The notes under the pieces are model-generated. The model did not search any database, had not been told where the DNA came from, and saw nothing but the letters and a program-made list of their open reading frames with translations. The position numbers and the translations under genes are program-made. From positions 71,858,001-71,922,000 of the forward strand of contig NC_043000.1 in assembly GCF_006345805.1 (NCBI RefSeq): a stretch of 64,000 nucleotides of DNA. Reading direction: 5' to 3'. This stretch comes from Octopus sinensis. Its lineage: Eukaryota. Position 1 is the first letter of the stretch. Each line of letters opens with the position of its first letter. Shown here in pieces: positions 37,791 to 53,554 of the stretch.

Positions 37791-40700
37791 TGAAACTTTT
37801 AGAATCTTAACTCTTAGGTTTACATAACCATTTATTCAAATGATTGAATAATCGTTTGAATAATCAGCAACGTGAAACCCAGGATTAAGATTCAAGAATT
37901 TTCTGTTTCTAATTGAATACATACACACTCTATTTAGTGCATGCATTTAGTAGTCCTTTTACTTCTTTTGAAACGCTACAGTGAACTGTTCCGTACACAT
38001 ACATGCTACAAACATATACACGTATACAAACACGAGTAATTCACTTACGTACACACAAAATCACGCGCATACACACATACATGCACAACACGGCACAAAA
38101 CTGACACTGATTTGCACACACATACACACACAGAGGTATGCATGTATGTGTGTGAGTGTGTGTACGCGCTTGTGTGTGTGTGTGCATGCGTGTATATGTG
38201 TGTGTGCGTATTTAAATACGAATGTACGTAGGTAGGCAAGTATGTGTGTATATGGATTGGAGAAATGTAGTGTTTCAAACGAAGCCAAACTTCTACTAAA
38301 CGCATGCACAAAGTAGAGTATATATTCTATTGGAAACTAACGAGGTTTCTTGAACCATAACTCTGAATTTCACGTTAGTGATGATTCAAACGATTACTCA
38401 GTCATTTATTCAATATGTGTGGGGTTGTGCATTGTATACACACGCACGCACACACATATATATATATACACACGCTACTATTTAATATATGCTACCATTA
38501 AATATATGTTAGATGGTAGCACGTCTTTTGACACACTCTTTCTCTCTCTCTCCACGCACGCACACAGGCACACACGCCCGTCCCCACATGCATGTATGCA
38601 AATGTAGATATACATAGAAGCAGACTAACGTTTCGAAAAATTATTGCCATACATTGGTTTACTGGATTCGTTTGGAATGATGTGGATGAATATTAAAATT
38701 TTTTGGTTATTCCCTTTTTCGGGTAGTTTTCATACAATTTATCATGCATTTTTATTTTCTACTATTTTAATTTCACTTATATTCAATCTTGGCATGAATA
38801 AACATTACAGTTTATTTTCGTAATTCAATGTTATTTTATTGTTTTAGCTGTCAACTTCAACTGAACCGAATAAGTATTTTTGAATTTTAACTATAAAGAA
38901 AACATACAACTAAATGATATTGTAATGCAAATAATGATATAAATAAACTCACCAGCGTTTGAGCTAAAAGTACTGCATAAATTAGTAGATACTTCATCAT
39001 TCCAATGGGGAGATTCTGATGGTTAATTCTTGATTATTAATCGTTTTGCCTTCGTGCTTGATAATCTTATGAAAAACGCAATGGGAAAATTGCGATCAGT
39101 TTCTTCGTCTGATGATTATGATTGGTGCAGATTGATGACGTCAAACATCAAATTCGTTATGGTTACTCTAGGGGTGGAGGATGGCATTTTCTCGGATTTA
39201 TGCCATAGAAACAAGAGAACCCATAATAAATAAATAAATAAATATATATATATATGTATAAAGAGATGAACAAATAAATTATTATTCCAGTCGTCCCTAA
39301 AAGTAGGATCTTATGGTTACTTGCTTCTCAAGTGAATGTTAATTTTATAATTTTTCTTTTTCTTTTTGTCATTTACACGTTATAGAACAATCTCAATAAT
39401 TACACATTCTGCTAAAGTTTGTTTGTCACTTCCTTCGAAATTATTACTTATTTAGTTAACTTCAGCAAAATTTGTTACATCGGCAAGATTTGTTAATCTT
39501 GGTGACTTTAACATATTAAGATATTTGCCTGAAAATATTAGAATCGGATTACATTTTGTTGAAGCGATCACATAAATGTAGATTGAAATGTAAAATAAGT
39601 ATTTTTTTCTAACTTGAGTTATTTCTAATATCAATTTACGTAGTAAATAAGGGTGTGTATGCATTCGTATACATGTAAGTTAGATTTTCTTTTTACTTTA
39701 CATCAAAATATATACTTCCAATTTCTTTATATTTATTTCAAACCTTTGCATCTTTGGGTTAGGAAGCACTCTATTGTTAAGACAATTCTGAGAATAATAT
39801 AAAAATCTCGCAACAAAGTGTATAAATTTTTATTAATAAAGCAAGGCAAACATATTCTGATGGAAGTAGGTCTTCCTTTTTTTTGCAAAAAAGATTGTGT
39901 TTCTTCACTTTATTTTTGTTTTATTTATTCGTCTGCTTAAATATGCTTACTGAGCAAAAATCATTTCGCCTCGCAGAATGCTGACGCTGTAAAAAATAAT
40001 GACTTAAAATAATGCTGCACTTTATAATGTATTTTTTATTTACAAAAAAATGGGATGAATCAGTCTGAGAGAGTATCAAGGAAAGAATAAGAAAGCCATA
40101 AAAGTAGAAAAAATATAATCATAGCTCAAAGAAATGGACCAGGAATTGAAAATGACAACAAAAAAAGAAACATGTTGAGGCTAGTAGGATTGCTAAAAGA
40201 GTCTGCTGACTTATGCTTATACTTGATATAAATGAAAGACATGTCAAAATAAGAAGCTGCTTGATTTCTAGTAAAACTGAAACTTGATAGAATATTTCGA
40301 AAAGATTTATACAAGAGATAAACAGTCGGGATATAGAGAAAGAGGTCAAGTGGGAAGAATGTATTTTATATGTACGACTGTATGTATAAATTAGCGTGTC
40401 AGGTATTTATTACATCTAAATTGTATATTTAAGGTTCAATCGTTTTTCCACTTTCTCATTCTCTAATACAAAAACAAAACAAACCCAAAACATTCCAATT
40501 GAATAAAATATCTTTAAAAAAAATCCAAATCGGTGTCATATAAGACGTAGCGTGGCAGAAGGAATACATACGCACTAAAAAATGCCGCATAAACACATAA
40601 ACATTCTCATACAAACTCAATTTTCTTTATGTATGCATAACTTTCTCTCTACTTGTATCATGTATGCATATATGCATATACAATGTATTTAAAGAGATGT

Positions 40701-42009
40701 AAGGAGGGGAGGGAGAAAGGAGCAGTGAAAGAAAACATATTTAAAAGGAAACAATTTGGAAATTAAAAAAAAATTCCAAGACTCTTCACATCAGCAAGTT
40801 TAACTTCCGATATCGTTTTTCATATTTTCACATATATCTAAAATCACATTTTAATTGCTCAAAAAAGTTAACTTCATGATAGGCTAGATTAAAATTATTA
40901 ATTATTCATAAATCTGCAATTCAGACGCACTAAATTGAGTAATTCAAGAGTCAAATGAAAAAAAACAGAAAAAAACTATTGCACAATGCAACAGCTTTTT
41001 AACTAAGTTCAACATTGCTCTGCACTCTAAAAATATTTAACAGTGTTTTTTAACAAGTATTATGATTTCTTTTTGCTTCTAAATTTATTATCAAAAGTAT
41101 TCCTAGTTCAAATATTGGTGGCCCACTGAATGAATTCCCAATTTATTACGTATAAGTTAACAGTGGGATTATATCACATGATTCTATATACTACATACGG
41201 TATATGGCAAAAGGAACTCATTTCAGAAGACATGTTTCAATTGTAGTTCTCATAAAAGCGATAAAAATATTTATAATACAGATTATTGAAAATGGATTAT
41301 AATTAGTATCGTTTAACAACTAACTAGATGTGCTAATTAGATAAATTCTCCAGTCAAAATTTTAACATAAATTTTGAAGTTGCCTTCTTGCCGCGGAGAC
41401 AATAGTTGTAATTAATGCTTGTGATATTCCCCTTTATCACAAGTGTAATTTGAATGAATAGTTTTTGGTTCATTACTTCAAGTAAGTTAGTTATATGTTT
41501 TCCAAAGGCATCCCTTAGAAATTTTCTCACGTCACTATTTTAAATTACCCAATGAGTGAAAGAATTTCCTTTAAAAAGGATATATATTCTCTCAGTCATT
41601 CAAAGGTTGGGTAATTACTACAAAGAAACTGTTTCATTGATGAGGTATAAAAACATCGGAACAAATCTGAAATTGCCATCATGCTCGACAAAGATTGAGC
41701 CAATTTATTACTGTATATCCCCATTCAAATGTTATTTTATTTCGATCTCAGAGTTATCTTTTTTTGCTTTTGTTGACGAGACTTGTCATTAATGCTAATG
41801 ACTTTTCGCTTCGTTAGAAGTGTAATTTTAATGACTTAAACATTTTTTATTTTACCACATTAGATATGTTAATTTCTATTTCATTTGATGATCTTTATGC
41901 TGAAAGAATATCCCGGAAATTATCTCATAATTTTTTATACATACTCGCGTACTATGCTTCCCTCATTTTTATAAATGTATATTATGCTTTAAGCAATCTC
42001 TATGTTTTA

Positions 42010-43277
42010 CTGGGTTGGCAACTAAGTTCCCACCGCTTTTTAAAAATTTTGGAATTTATTGCATTTTTAAATTTTGGAATCTATTTTTTTCGAGAATTCT
42101 ATTTTTGAATCATTTTGGAATCTATTTTGTTTTTTTTTTCTAGTTAATTTTAGTTAATTTTTGTTTATTTTCAGATCATTAAAATGGAATGTCAAGTTAA
42201 GGAAAACGAGCATTTTCGACATCTTCTTTTTCCTTTTAATCAATGCTTGCGACATTTGTGCTGTGTATAGAGAGGGTGCCATAGCTGAAAGAACCGCTCG
42301 TGATTAGTATGCCAAGTTCAAAAATGGAAATTTTGACCTCAAAGACGCACATCGTTCTAGCCGTCCAGTTGAGTTCGATGAAGAGCGATTAAACCAATTT
42401 TTACACGAAAATTCTCGTCAAACGACAAGGGAACTGGCAGAGAAAATGGAATGCTCCCACACTGCTATAGAGAAGCATCTTCACTCGATGGGCAAGGCCC
42501 AGAAGTATGGAGCATGGGTTCCGCGTGCTTTAAGTGACAACAACAAAAATCAACGAGTTACAATCTCCGCTGGTTTGCTTGCTCGTCACCGCTCAACTCA
42601 TGGACACAAGCAACGACTTCTTTACTGAATCGTTACTGGCGACGAAAAATAGTATCCGTACATTAATATGAAGGAGGTAAGGAGTGGCTTAGCCCCGGTA
42701 AACAAGCGACACAGCGCGTGAAACATGATCTTCATCCGCGTAAAACGATGTTGTGCGTATGGTGGGACTGGGAAGGGATTATCCATTACGAATTGCTTGA
42801 ACGGAACCAAACGGTCAAAGCGGAACTCTATGTTCAACAGATGGAACGACTCAACACGACTAATAAAGAGAAAAGACCTAATCGGTAGCATGGAGTTCTT
42901 CTGCTGCACGACAACGTCCGCCTTCATATCGCCAATATGACAAAGGAAGCCATTCAAACGCCTGGTTGTGAAGTGCTGCCACACCCGCTGTACTCTCCTG
43001 ATTTGGCACCAACGGATTTCCACCTCTTTCGATCTCTTTCAAATGCTATGCGCGGAGTTTCGTTCAATACTGATGCAGAATTGGGAGCTTCGTTGGATCA
43101 ATTTTTCGAGTCGAAATCGGGTGATTTCTACCAACGAGGTATTGAAAATCTTGTTGAACGTTAAGAAGTTGTAAACAACAAAGATAAATACATTATTGAT
43201 TAATTAGTTGTTACTTTTTTTTTATTAAACCTTAAAAAAATATTTAAAAAACGGCGGGAACTTAGTTGCCAACCCAA
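42010..43277 (+). mobile_element. Full-length mariner (D,D34D; mellifera-like TIR), decayed
   Basis: TIRs of about 30 bp, (C/T)TGGGTTGGCAACTAAGTTCCC(A/G)CCG, flanked by TA on both sides. ORF from about 42184 with WVPRAL, IVTGDEK, LLHDNVR and YSPDLAPTDFHLFRSL, interrupted by stops and frameshifts. Confidence 0.92.
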
Positions 43278-45829
43278 TAGAATATTGTATTACTAGCTGA
43301 ACATAGTTTTTTTTTCCTTTTCTAATTTTCGTGACTGCGATGTTTGGTTCTAATTTCTTTATATTGTTGTTGTTTTTCGTGTGATGGTGATGGTGTCTTG
43401 GTCAAAATGTTAGTATTTCTTTCCTTCTGCTGTACTATTATCCGATCAACCATATTTTATTACATTCTAGATTTTATTACATTCTATCTCTTCATTAATA
43501 TAAATGTTGCAAATCGTATTTTAAGATCTATTTCAAAAATTGATTGAAATGTTCCTCCATTCGTCCATCTTATGTAAATGATACTTATATATCTTTTAAA
43601 TTTAATTATAGAAAAAAATGGTTTACTGAGATGTGTTAAAAAAAGTCAATTTAATAATAATCTTCATAAGGAGCGATAGAAATAATTATGAAGCTAACCA
43701 TTATTTCTTGGTTTCTATGTAAAATGTCTACCCACTGGCTTATTTTTCAACAAAATATCCACAATATGTGTTTAACAAGCAGGTGAAATTCACTTTATAT
43801 CTGAGTCTCAGTCAAAGCAAGAAATTGTATATTAGCCGATAAGAAGGTCGGAAAGACTAATGATTACTGTATAAATACAACAAAAAAAAAATGTGTTGAA
43901 CGAATAATACCTTACTGTATTTGTTCTGGCTTTCTAGTCTCTAAGTGTAAACCACACTTTTGAAATCGATAAATAATTACCAATCAAGTACTAGAGTAGA
44001 TTTGTTATCTGTCTGTTTGTCTGCCTGTCTGTCTGTCCTTGTCTGTCTCTCTCGTGTATAGGCTGGAATGTAGTAGCTAGTATAAATTTGTAGAGCTGAC
44101 AATTTGTTTAAACATAATCAAGAGGAATTTTAGCTACATCTGAAATTGCACCCCATCACCATAAAAAATTCTATTGGGGATATTTATGATTAATTCTGAA
44201 TAGGTCGAACTAAGCATAACTAGTTAACTTCCTAGTAAACCCTTCGTAGAACGTGAGCATAATTATGCATGGAGTTTGCAGCAACAATAAGGATACGCTG
44301 TTATTGAATTTGAAAATGTAATTCTTCAAGCTATTCAGACAGAAGAAAAGTGGTACTATCACAGTTGGGTTTGTTAGAGATATTGCTAACCACTTCATAA
44401 CGTGATGGGCAGGCAAATAAGGCACACAGTATATTCCCGTTAGGCAGCCGACATTAATCTCACAATCAAGAGCTATTGATGGTCTGTAGATCAAGAAATA
44501 CACAATAGCGGACACCATCAATAGAAGTATGAAAGTCATCATTTGCCAACTCACTCATGCGGTAATCTGCACGGAGTCATTGATAGAGAACTACAATGCT
44601 CTCTAACTGTACATACATTATATGAAACATATTGTTTTTCAGTTGTGTCAATGAAGAAAAACAACCATTTCTTCATTGAATCATGTCTTAAAAAGGAAAG
44701 AATACTAGAAAAGATAATCTTAGATACCCTGACAAGAGATGGGATGGTTATATTTGGAATATTCTTTTCATAAAACTTCTCGATTAAGACTTACCTGAAA
44801 CTAAACAACTAACATCAAAATCTTAATAGAAGAGTTCATGATAGTACTAGGGAAACGTATATCAAATATTCTATTTTCGGCCAGAAACTATTAGGTGCAT
44901 GCGATGAGATGGTATCAAAGTATATGAAAATGTTGAGAAACGGCTTGAATACATATTGAAAAATGTTGCATCTGGAATACATCTTGATGCAGCATTATTT
45001 GATAGGTATTTGAAAAAAAAAAAGAGTTTGGTCTTTGAAGATTTAAATAGCATGAAAATAGTATGAAATTCTGTTATAAGTTCGTAGACGCCACACCCGA
45101 TAATGAAATAACCAATAAATTCAGGAAAATTCTACAGGTAGTTAATTTCATTATTAAAGTCGCGGAAAAAGAAGGTAAGATGCTCTAGATATATCATCTG
45201 TAAATCTTACCACTTTAATAATCTCACTCGCATAAAGTATCGGTAAATCTGTGGCGTAAGTATACACATCGATATCAAGAAGAAACATATATTTTTCAGA
45301 GGAGACTCATTGAATCTTATATAATGAGGCCAACACAGAGTAGGAAAAGTGGAGTTAGGGTAAAGTGAAATACTTCCTTTTTCAGCCGAAAAAAAGAACA
45401 TGGCGAAGATCTCTGTCATCTTGTGAAAATTTCTTTTACTGCGTTTCAACCTTAAAGATATCAATCCAAAAGAAGGCCAAATGACAATGTCAGTTGACTT
45501 TGTCTGAGGATGCCCTACTGCAGGCAAAGATCGGCTGCATGTTCATATTTTATGCTTTGTTTATATTTTGTTCCTGCGGTTACTGTGAAAATGTTAAGTT
45601 TAACTTTTTCTTTTTATTGCATTCTCTACCCACAAACTTAACAAAGAAAGGACAAATTTGACCCAAAAGATGGGATGGTCATGCCTTCAATTCGGGTCTG
45701 ATCTGGGATCGGACCACAACATCAACACACGCACACGCATCGTATTGTAAGAGTTGTAAACTTTGATATGAACAGTCCAACCCAGGCCAAAAATTAGAGT
45801 AGATTGTCAACCTTTGATATAATCTTTTC

Positions 45830-46217
45830 TACTCTAGGCACAAGGCCCGACACTTTTGGGGGAGGGGACCAGTCAATTAGAGCGACCCCAGTCCGCAACT
45901 AGTACTTAATTTATCGACTCCGAAAAGATGAAAAGCAAAGTCGACCTCGGAGGAATTTGAACTCAGTACGTAAAGACAGACGAAATACCTATTTCTTTAC
46001 TACCCACAAGGGGCTAAACACAGAGGGGACAAACAAAGACAGACAAATGGATTAAGTCGATTATATCGATCCCAGTGCGTAACTGGTACTTATTTAATCG
46101 ACCCCGAAAGGATGAAAGGCAAAGTCGTCCTCGGTGGAATTTGAACTCAGAAGTTGCGGCAGACGAAGTACCACTGAGCATTTCGCCCGGCGGGCTAACG
46201 TTTCTGCTAGCTCGCCG
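45830..46217 (-). mobile_element. Two tandem family A SINEs with different 3' tails
   Basis: 45988-46217 is full length with the same tail as the 1588 copy. 45830-45987 is 5'-truncated and has the tail seen at 30690. Confidence 0.85.
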
Positions 46218-49200
46218 CTTTTCAGCTTTTGATATAAATTTGTGCACGGCGCGTGCGCGCGCACACACACACTACTTTGTACGCTTAAAATATGTGCAAT
46301 ATTTGTATGTATTATGTATACATACACACGTACATATATATATTTATATATATATATATCAAAATAAGCAACAAGGATATCCAGAGGTAATGCAGTACGA
46401 TCGTTTCATGCGACTCCATTTAATTGAACAATGTAAATATTACATCAATTTAAAATGTAGAGCAATCCTCAGCTGCATAAAAATATAGAATTTAGTTAAA
46501 TTCGAAGGATTCATTTGCATAGTTTTCTTATTATCCAAAATCACAAAGAGGATAAGTAGATAGACAAAGAACATATTTTATCAACAACATCACAGTTGTA
46601 ACTGATATTTTTTCAAAGGAAGACACTGTTTATCATTGATTATATTTGTTATTCAGATTTGCTAGTGGGTTTAGTTTTAATTTATAGACTAGTTTATCAA
46701 GTCTAATAGAAACTAGAATCTATCCTTTATGTATTTTCGAAAATTTCAGTTGTGTAAAACTTAAATTTGCTGACTAAAAAGTATGAGCTTCAGTAAAATT
46801 AACTATGCCATCCAAGAAATATTCTAAAATAGATATAAATGTACACATCAACAATATGGTTAAAGGTATTTTTTCGTTCTATCTGGCTTTGCGCCGCTAT
46901 TATCCATGGAATTCTTTTCTGAGCAAGCATTCATCTGTTGAATTTGATCATTTAAAACCAGTCTTGGGTGTTGCTGTCCGTTCGTAATAAAAACAGATTT
47001 GCAAATTTCTTTTTAAAAATGCCATCAAATTTTAAAACTCTTTTTACGGAATCCCGCAAGTTGAAATCAACTGAGGCTGAGATCATTCAATCGGATGTGC
47101 CTAGAATGATGAACGAAGTATATACAGTTAATAGTAATAGCAAAAGGCGGTGAATTGTTTAGTACAATAAACCATTGATAAATTCGTAAAATGAGATGCT
47201 TAGGCGGCTTCGTAGCGATCCTATTTTTGGTATTCGAGGCAAACGGTCAATTGTTTCACATTAAACGTCTTAATTTCCGGTGTTCCAATGAATCATAGAT
47301 ATGTCTATCGTGAAGACAATCTGTAAAGTACCTACATTCTTTTAGATAGCATCACCATATTTAAGTCAACAGGAAACCCTCTTCATGATGGGTTAGTCTA
47401 CTAGAAATAGCAGTAAAATTTTCAAAATACACACTACCGTCTTAAAATAAGGGAAGGACAAATTGGATAATGTAGTTTCTGACATATAAAAAGGATGGGT
47501 TGATTATAACTGGATTGACGTTGATTGTATTTTAGCTCAGTCAGGGCTCACCTGGGCTAAACAGCATCAAATCTTCAAAAGGAATACATAAATTTGTCTA
47601 TATTTTAAAAAGTTGCTTGTTAATCAGTTATGACAATAAGTGAAAATAAATTTATATTTGCAGTTAACTCTATCTATAGTCAAAGCAAATTGTGTCATGT
47701 ATTTGTCTCGCATGACTTATGTTTGCATATTATTCCTGCTTCTCTAAGAGAATATGACTTCCTATCAATGCTATAACGAGAATCAATGATGTAAAGGTAG
47801 ATATATATATGTATAGACTATATAGAAAGCTAAAGTAGAACCTAGAATGTTTATCTTTGAGGCCGCCACTGCAGTTGTTCTTATTCAGTGTGAAAGATCT
47901 GCAGCATCCTTTTTTGGTCATGCAATTCTGTCGAGAAAAATCATTGCACAGTGCAGATAAAAAACAGAAAGCGCGTGTTTTGCAAAAAGCCGTGCAGTTT
48001 TGTGATACATAAAAAATTTGCCCGAGTGATTAAAAAAAATAAAAGTAAGGTTAAAATAAGAAAATATCTCGCTGGCAATTGTAACTCCTGCCGCTCTGTT
48101 ATGAAATTTAATACTGTCCTATATCCTTTAATGCTGCCGCAGATGCTCCATCGCGTGACTTTCCTCGTGCTCTCTGTCTTTCTGTGTGTGTGCGCGCGCG
48201 CGTGTGTGTGTAAGCACGATAAGACCATTATTTAAAATAACTATCATATCAAGTGACCATCTTGGAAAAAATCATATAGGTAATAATTACTATAGATAGA
48301 TAATTGTATTAATATAATTATAATTAAGGGTACTGAAGAGGTACCGGAGAGGTACCCCCATGCTAGATATAGCAGTCAAATCTGACTCTAAAAGCACATC
48401 ATGTATTCATATAGCACTGGTAAAAAGATAAATGAACAAAGAAATTAGCAAACAATTAATGTTTCAACCTAGACCGTCGACCTGGGATTAACCATTAACT
48501 TTTTGCTAATTTCTTTGTTCATTTATCTTTTCACCTGTGCTTTATGAATACACTAGCATTAAAGACCCGTCGTTGCCGGGTCATAGTGCTAGTGCATGTA
48601 TATATGTGTATATATATGTGTACATATTACATGTACATCTATATATATACATCTACACATAAAATTCAAAATACAAAGTTATATCTTGATATCGCTAGTG
48701 ATAACAATACTTAAAATATATAACAGACTGGAATTGTTAGCCCGTCTCTTGTAATTTCGATCAATTGTATCTTGTATAGAAGTGTGGCTACAATCCAGTC
48801 TACCTCTACTTCGTGGGGGGAAGGGCATTTAAAATTTTTTTCCAGGACGTCCTACGTCCCAGATATAAAGGTAAAAATAAAATCTTTTCACTTTGCAAGT
48901 TCGAGTCGAGTACTCCCTTGCACGCTCCGTTGACTCGAACCTTGCTTCTATTGTGGCGAATTTACCGCCACTGATCAGATATCTTTCATAGTCGCACCAA
49001 GACACTTTTCGAAGGTGCTTTCCTCCATGTGTTCAAATCTTCTTTTTTCTCTACATTGTATACTTTATAGACAATAGTCTTTTCTTTTCTTTAATTTTTT
49101 ATTATCCATCTGGACTATTCCATTGCTGCACGTTAATTTTATTTTTAATTTATTCCCATTCATGTGAAACCACTGATGCAATTTTATACCAATTGCTATT

Positions 49201-49555
49201 TTTACTTTTGTTATGTTACGATTATATTATACTTTAGTTTGATTTTAATTATTACTTACTACATATAATTCAATTGTTATTATTTTTATTGTTAAAGTGA
49301 AAGTATCTGACATAAGATAGAAAAATGTTTTTATTTCACTTTTAACACGTAATACTGAAATAGTGGAGAAGATATGATATTGCTATGGGCTCGCTCTAGG
49401 CCAGAAGTTGAACATTTTTTTTGCCCATAAAACTACATGGACCCTAAGTAAGGCACGTGTAAAATTTGAATGAAATTGGTTGTGTAGTTCTCAAGTTTTA
49501 GGGAATCGTAGTGGAGAAGATATGGTATTGCTGTGGTAAAAAAGTTAAACATTTT

Positions 49556-50918
<1,363 letters not shown>

Positions 50919-50989
50919 ATTTGTATATATGTGTGTATATGTATGTATATTTATGTATATGTATGTATATATAAATATATATATGTATA

Positions 50990-51838
50990 CAAGGTGGTAT
51001 CAAAACGTTCCCGGATTAGTTTTGTAGCGCACCAACAGACGGCAGCGTGCCGAGTGATATTGTTGTGTTTACTTCGCAAGTTGTGAAATTTGTGTTTTTG
51101 TGATCACGTGTATGCTGTAGTCTGCGTTTTTGTCATGGACAGGAGCAAAGATCCAACGTAAAATTTTGCGTTAAAGTCAGGAAGTCTGCTACAAAAACAT
51201 TGAGCATGCTTCGGTAAGCTTATGGTGACGAGGCAATGGGTCGTACGTTATGTTTCGATTGTCCCGGGCGCTTCAAAAGCAGAAAAACATCTCTGGAAGA
51301 CGATGAGCGATTGAAAGACCTGCCACGAGCGTCATCCCAAGAAATGTGGTAGTGTGCATCGAGAATTGGCCCTCCCCCGCGGACTAGACCGCCAATTGAG
51401 AGTTCTACTGCGATGTTCTGAAGAGTTTGAGGGAGGACATTCGACGAAAGCGACCGGATCTGTGGATCGCGAAGAACTGGATTTTCCCCCGAGCTCTTCT
51501 CACTCGTGAGTTTCTCACCCAAAACAACATGGCATCGCTTCTGCACCTACCCTATTCACCAGATTTAGCACCGACGGACTTCCATCTCTTCCCCAAGAGG
51601 AAAATGCAGCTCAAAGGTCACCGTTTTAACACTGTTGTTGAGATCCAGAGCGAATCGCGGAAAGTCCTCAACTCGCTTGCGGAAAACGACTTCCAGGCCG
51701 GATTCCAAAAGTGGCAAGAACACTGGGACCGGTGTATTGCTGTGCAAAGTGACTATTCCGGAGATAATGTTAAAATTTAGGCAAATAACTTATCTTTTAT
51801 TAAGCATAACTAGTCTGGGAATCTTTTGACATGAGTGT
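50990..51838 (+). mobile_element. Internally deleted mariner-type element (second subfamily)
   Basis: Imperfect TIRs (tcaaaa..ttccc.ga.tagtt). The HTH segment KSATKTLSML...AYGDEAMGR...SLEDDER jumps to REDIRRKRPDLW...PYSPDLAPTDFHLFPKRKMQLKGHRF. Confidence 0.82.
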
Positions 51839-51899
51839 GTACGTGTATATGTGTGTATGTTTATATTTTATTTAAACTTTCAAAAATAAGGAACAATAA

Positions 51900-52450
51900 C
51901 TGTTAAAAGAATTACAATAAGTTATAAAGAATTGCAAAAAAATATAACTAAGAAGGATGAGACAAATACTAAAAGATATCATCAAAACCTAATGCATTCA
52001 TATAGGAATTTAAGAAATGTTCTGGCATCTTAGTCCACACGGACAAAACTGGAAATCTATATAGGCTTAACTTCTATCTTTATCCGGGGCCTTTCCCTTA
52101 AGGAGCTACATAGGGATTATAAGATAACTTAAAGATATACATTGGACTACATCAACTCCGAAGGAAATCAGATCACCTACCAACAACCTCGTATCGAACA
52201 TTATGAAGCTAAAAGACTGAGGATTAATTTGAAGGATCATAAAAGTCGCTTCCGTAGGGCTGATCTGTCCTTCAAAATCTAGTATTAGCTGGATTGGGAA
52301 GAAAATACTTGACGCTATTATTCCTACTATTAAGCTGAGTTTTTATCAATGGTCCAAACTTCTGACGTGATTGATTGGCTTGAACATAACACAAATATTA
52401 GTAATAGTCTCACACAGTTCGATATAGATAATTATTACTCTATATCTCCA
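51900..52450 (+). mobile_element. Penelope-like reverse transcriptase fragment
   Basis: PSKSSISWIGKKILD and DVIDWLE...QFDIDNYYS match Penelope RT motifs (NPxKSxxG.ISK.ILD; FDIxxFYPSI). Confidence 0.7.
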
Positions 52451-52542
52451 GTATCACATACATACATACATACATACATACATACATACATACATACATA
52501 CATACATACATACATACATGCATGCATACATACATACATACA

Positions 52543-52575
<33 letters not shown>

Positions 52576-52606
52576 GCAAACATACATACATACATACATA
52601 CATGCA

Positions 52607-52639
<33 letters not shown>

Positions 52640-52733
52640 GCAAACATACATACATACATATATACATACATACATACATACATGCATACATGTAAGCATG
52701 GTTACATAGATACATACATACGTTAATATGTTA

Positions 52734-52829
<96 letters not shown>

Positions 52830-52832
<3 letters not shown>

Positions 52833-52965
52833 GACCATGTTAGGGCACTGCCTTGAAGAATTTTAGTCGAACGTATCAACTCCAGTACTTATAAAAGCCT
52901 GGTACTTATTCGATCGGTTCTTTTGCTGAAGCACTAAGTTATGAGGACGTAAACACAGACACAAT

Positions 52966-53004
<39 letters not shown>

Positions 53005-53041
53005 ACACACACACACACACACACGCACGCGCACGCACACA

Positions 53042-53090
<49 letters not shown>

Positions 53091-53099
53091 GCGCACACA

Positions 53100-53130
<31 letters not shown>

Positions 53131-53310
53131 CAACACACACACACACACACACTACGGACTTCTTTCAGTTTCCGCCTACCAAATCCATTTACAAAGCTTT
53201 GGTCTGCTCGAGGCTATTGAAGAGACACTCACCCAAGGTGACACGCCGTGAAACTGAATCCGGAATCATGTGGCTGAGTAGCAAACTTCTTACCACATAG
53301 CCACGTCTGT
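52830..53310 (-). mobile_element. Family B SINE with expanded internal (CA)n
   Basis: Homologous to 21150-21580 and 35670-36147. Confidence 0.85.
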
Positions 53311-53516
53311 ACGCAACATTGTATGTATACAATATCTATGCAGCGTTCTTCATTACATTTGTTATTGTGGTCTCGTTTAAACATGTGCTGATTAAAAAAA
53401 ATTTCCACGTTTGCTAGTATGCGCTCTTCTGTAAGTGGGTGTACATATGTTGTGTATATGTGTGTATGTGTGTGTGTGTGTGTTGTGTGTGTGTGTGTGT
53501 GTGCGTGCGTGTGTGC

Positions 53517-53554
<38 letters not shown>

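Noticed and set aside
39121-39143. CCAAT box (reverse) next to a perfect CRE palindrome TGACGTCA
   Set aside because: A single 8-mer is expected about once per 64 kb by chance, and there is no linked transcription start.
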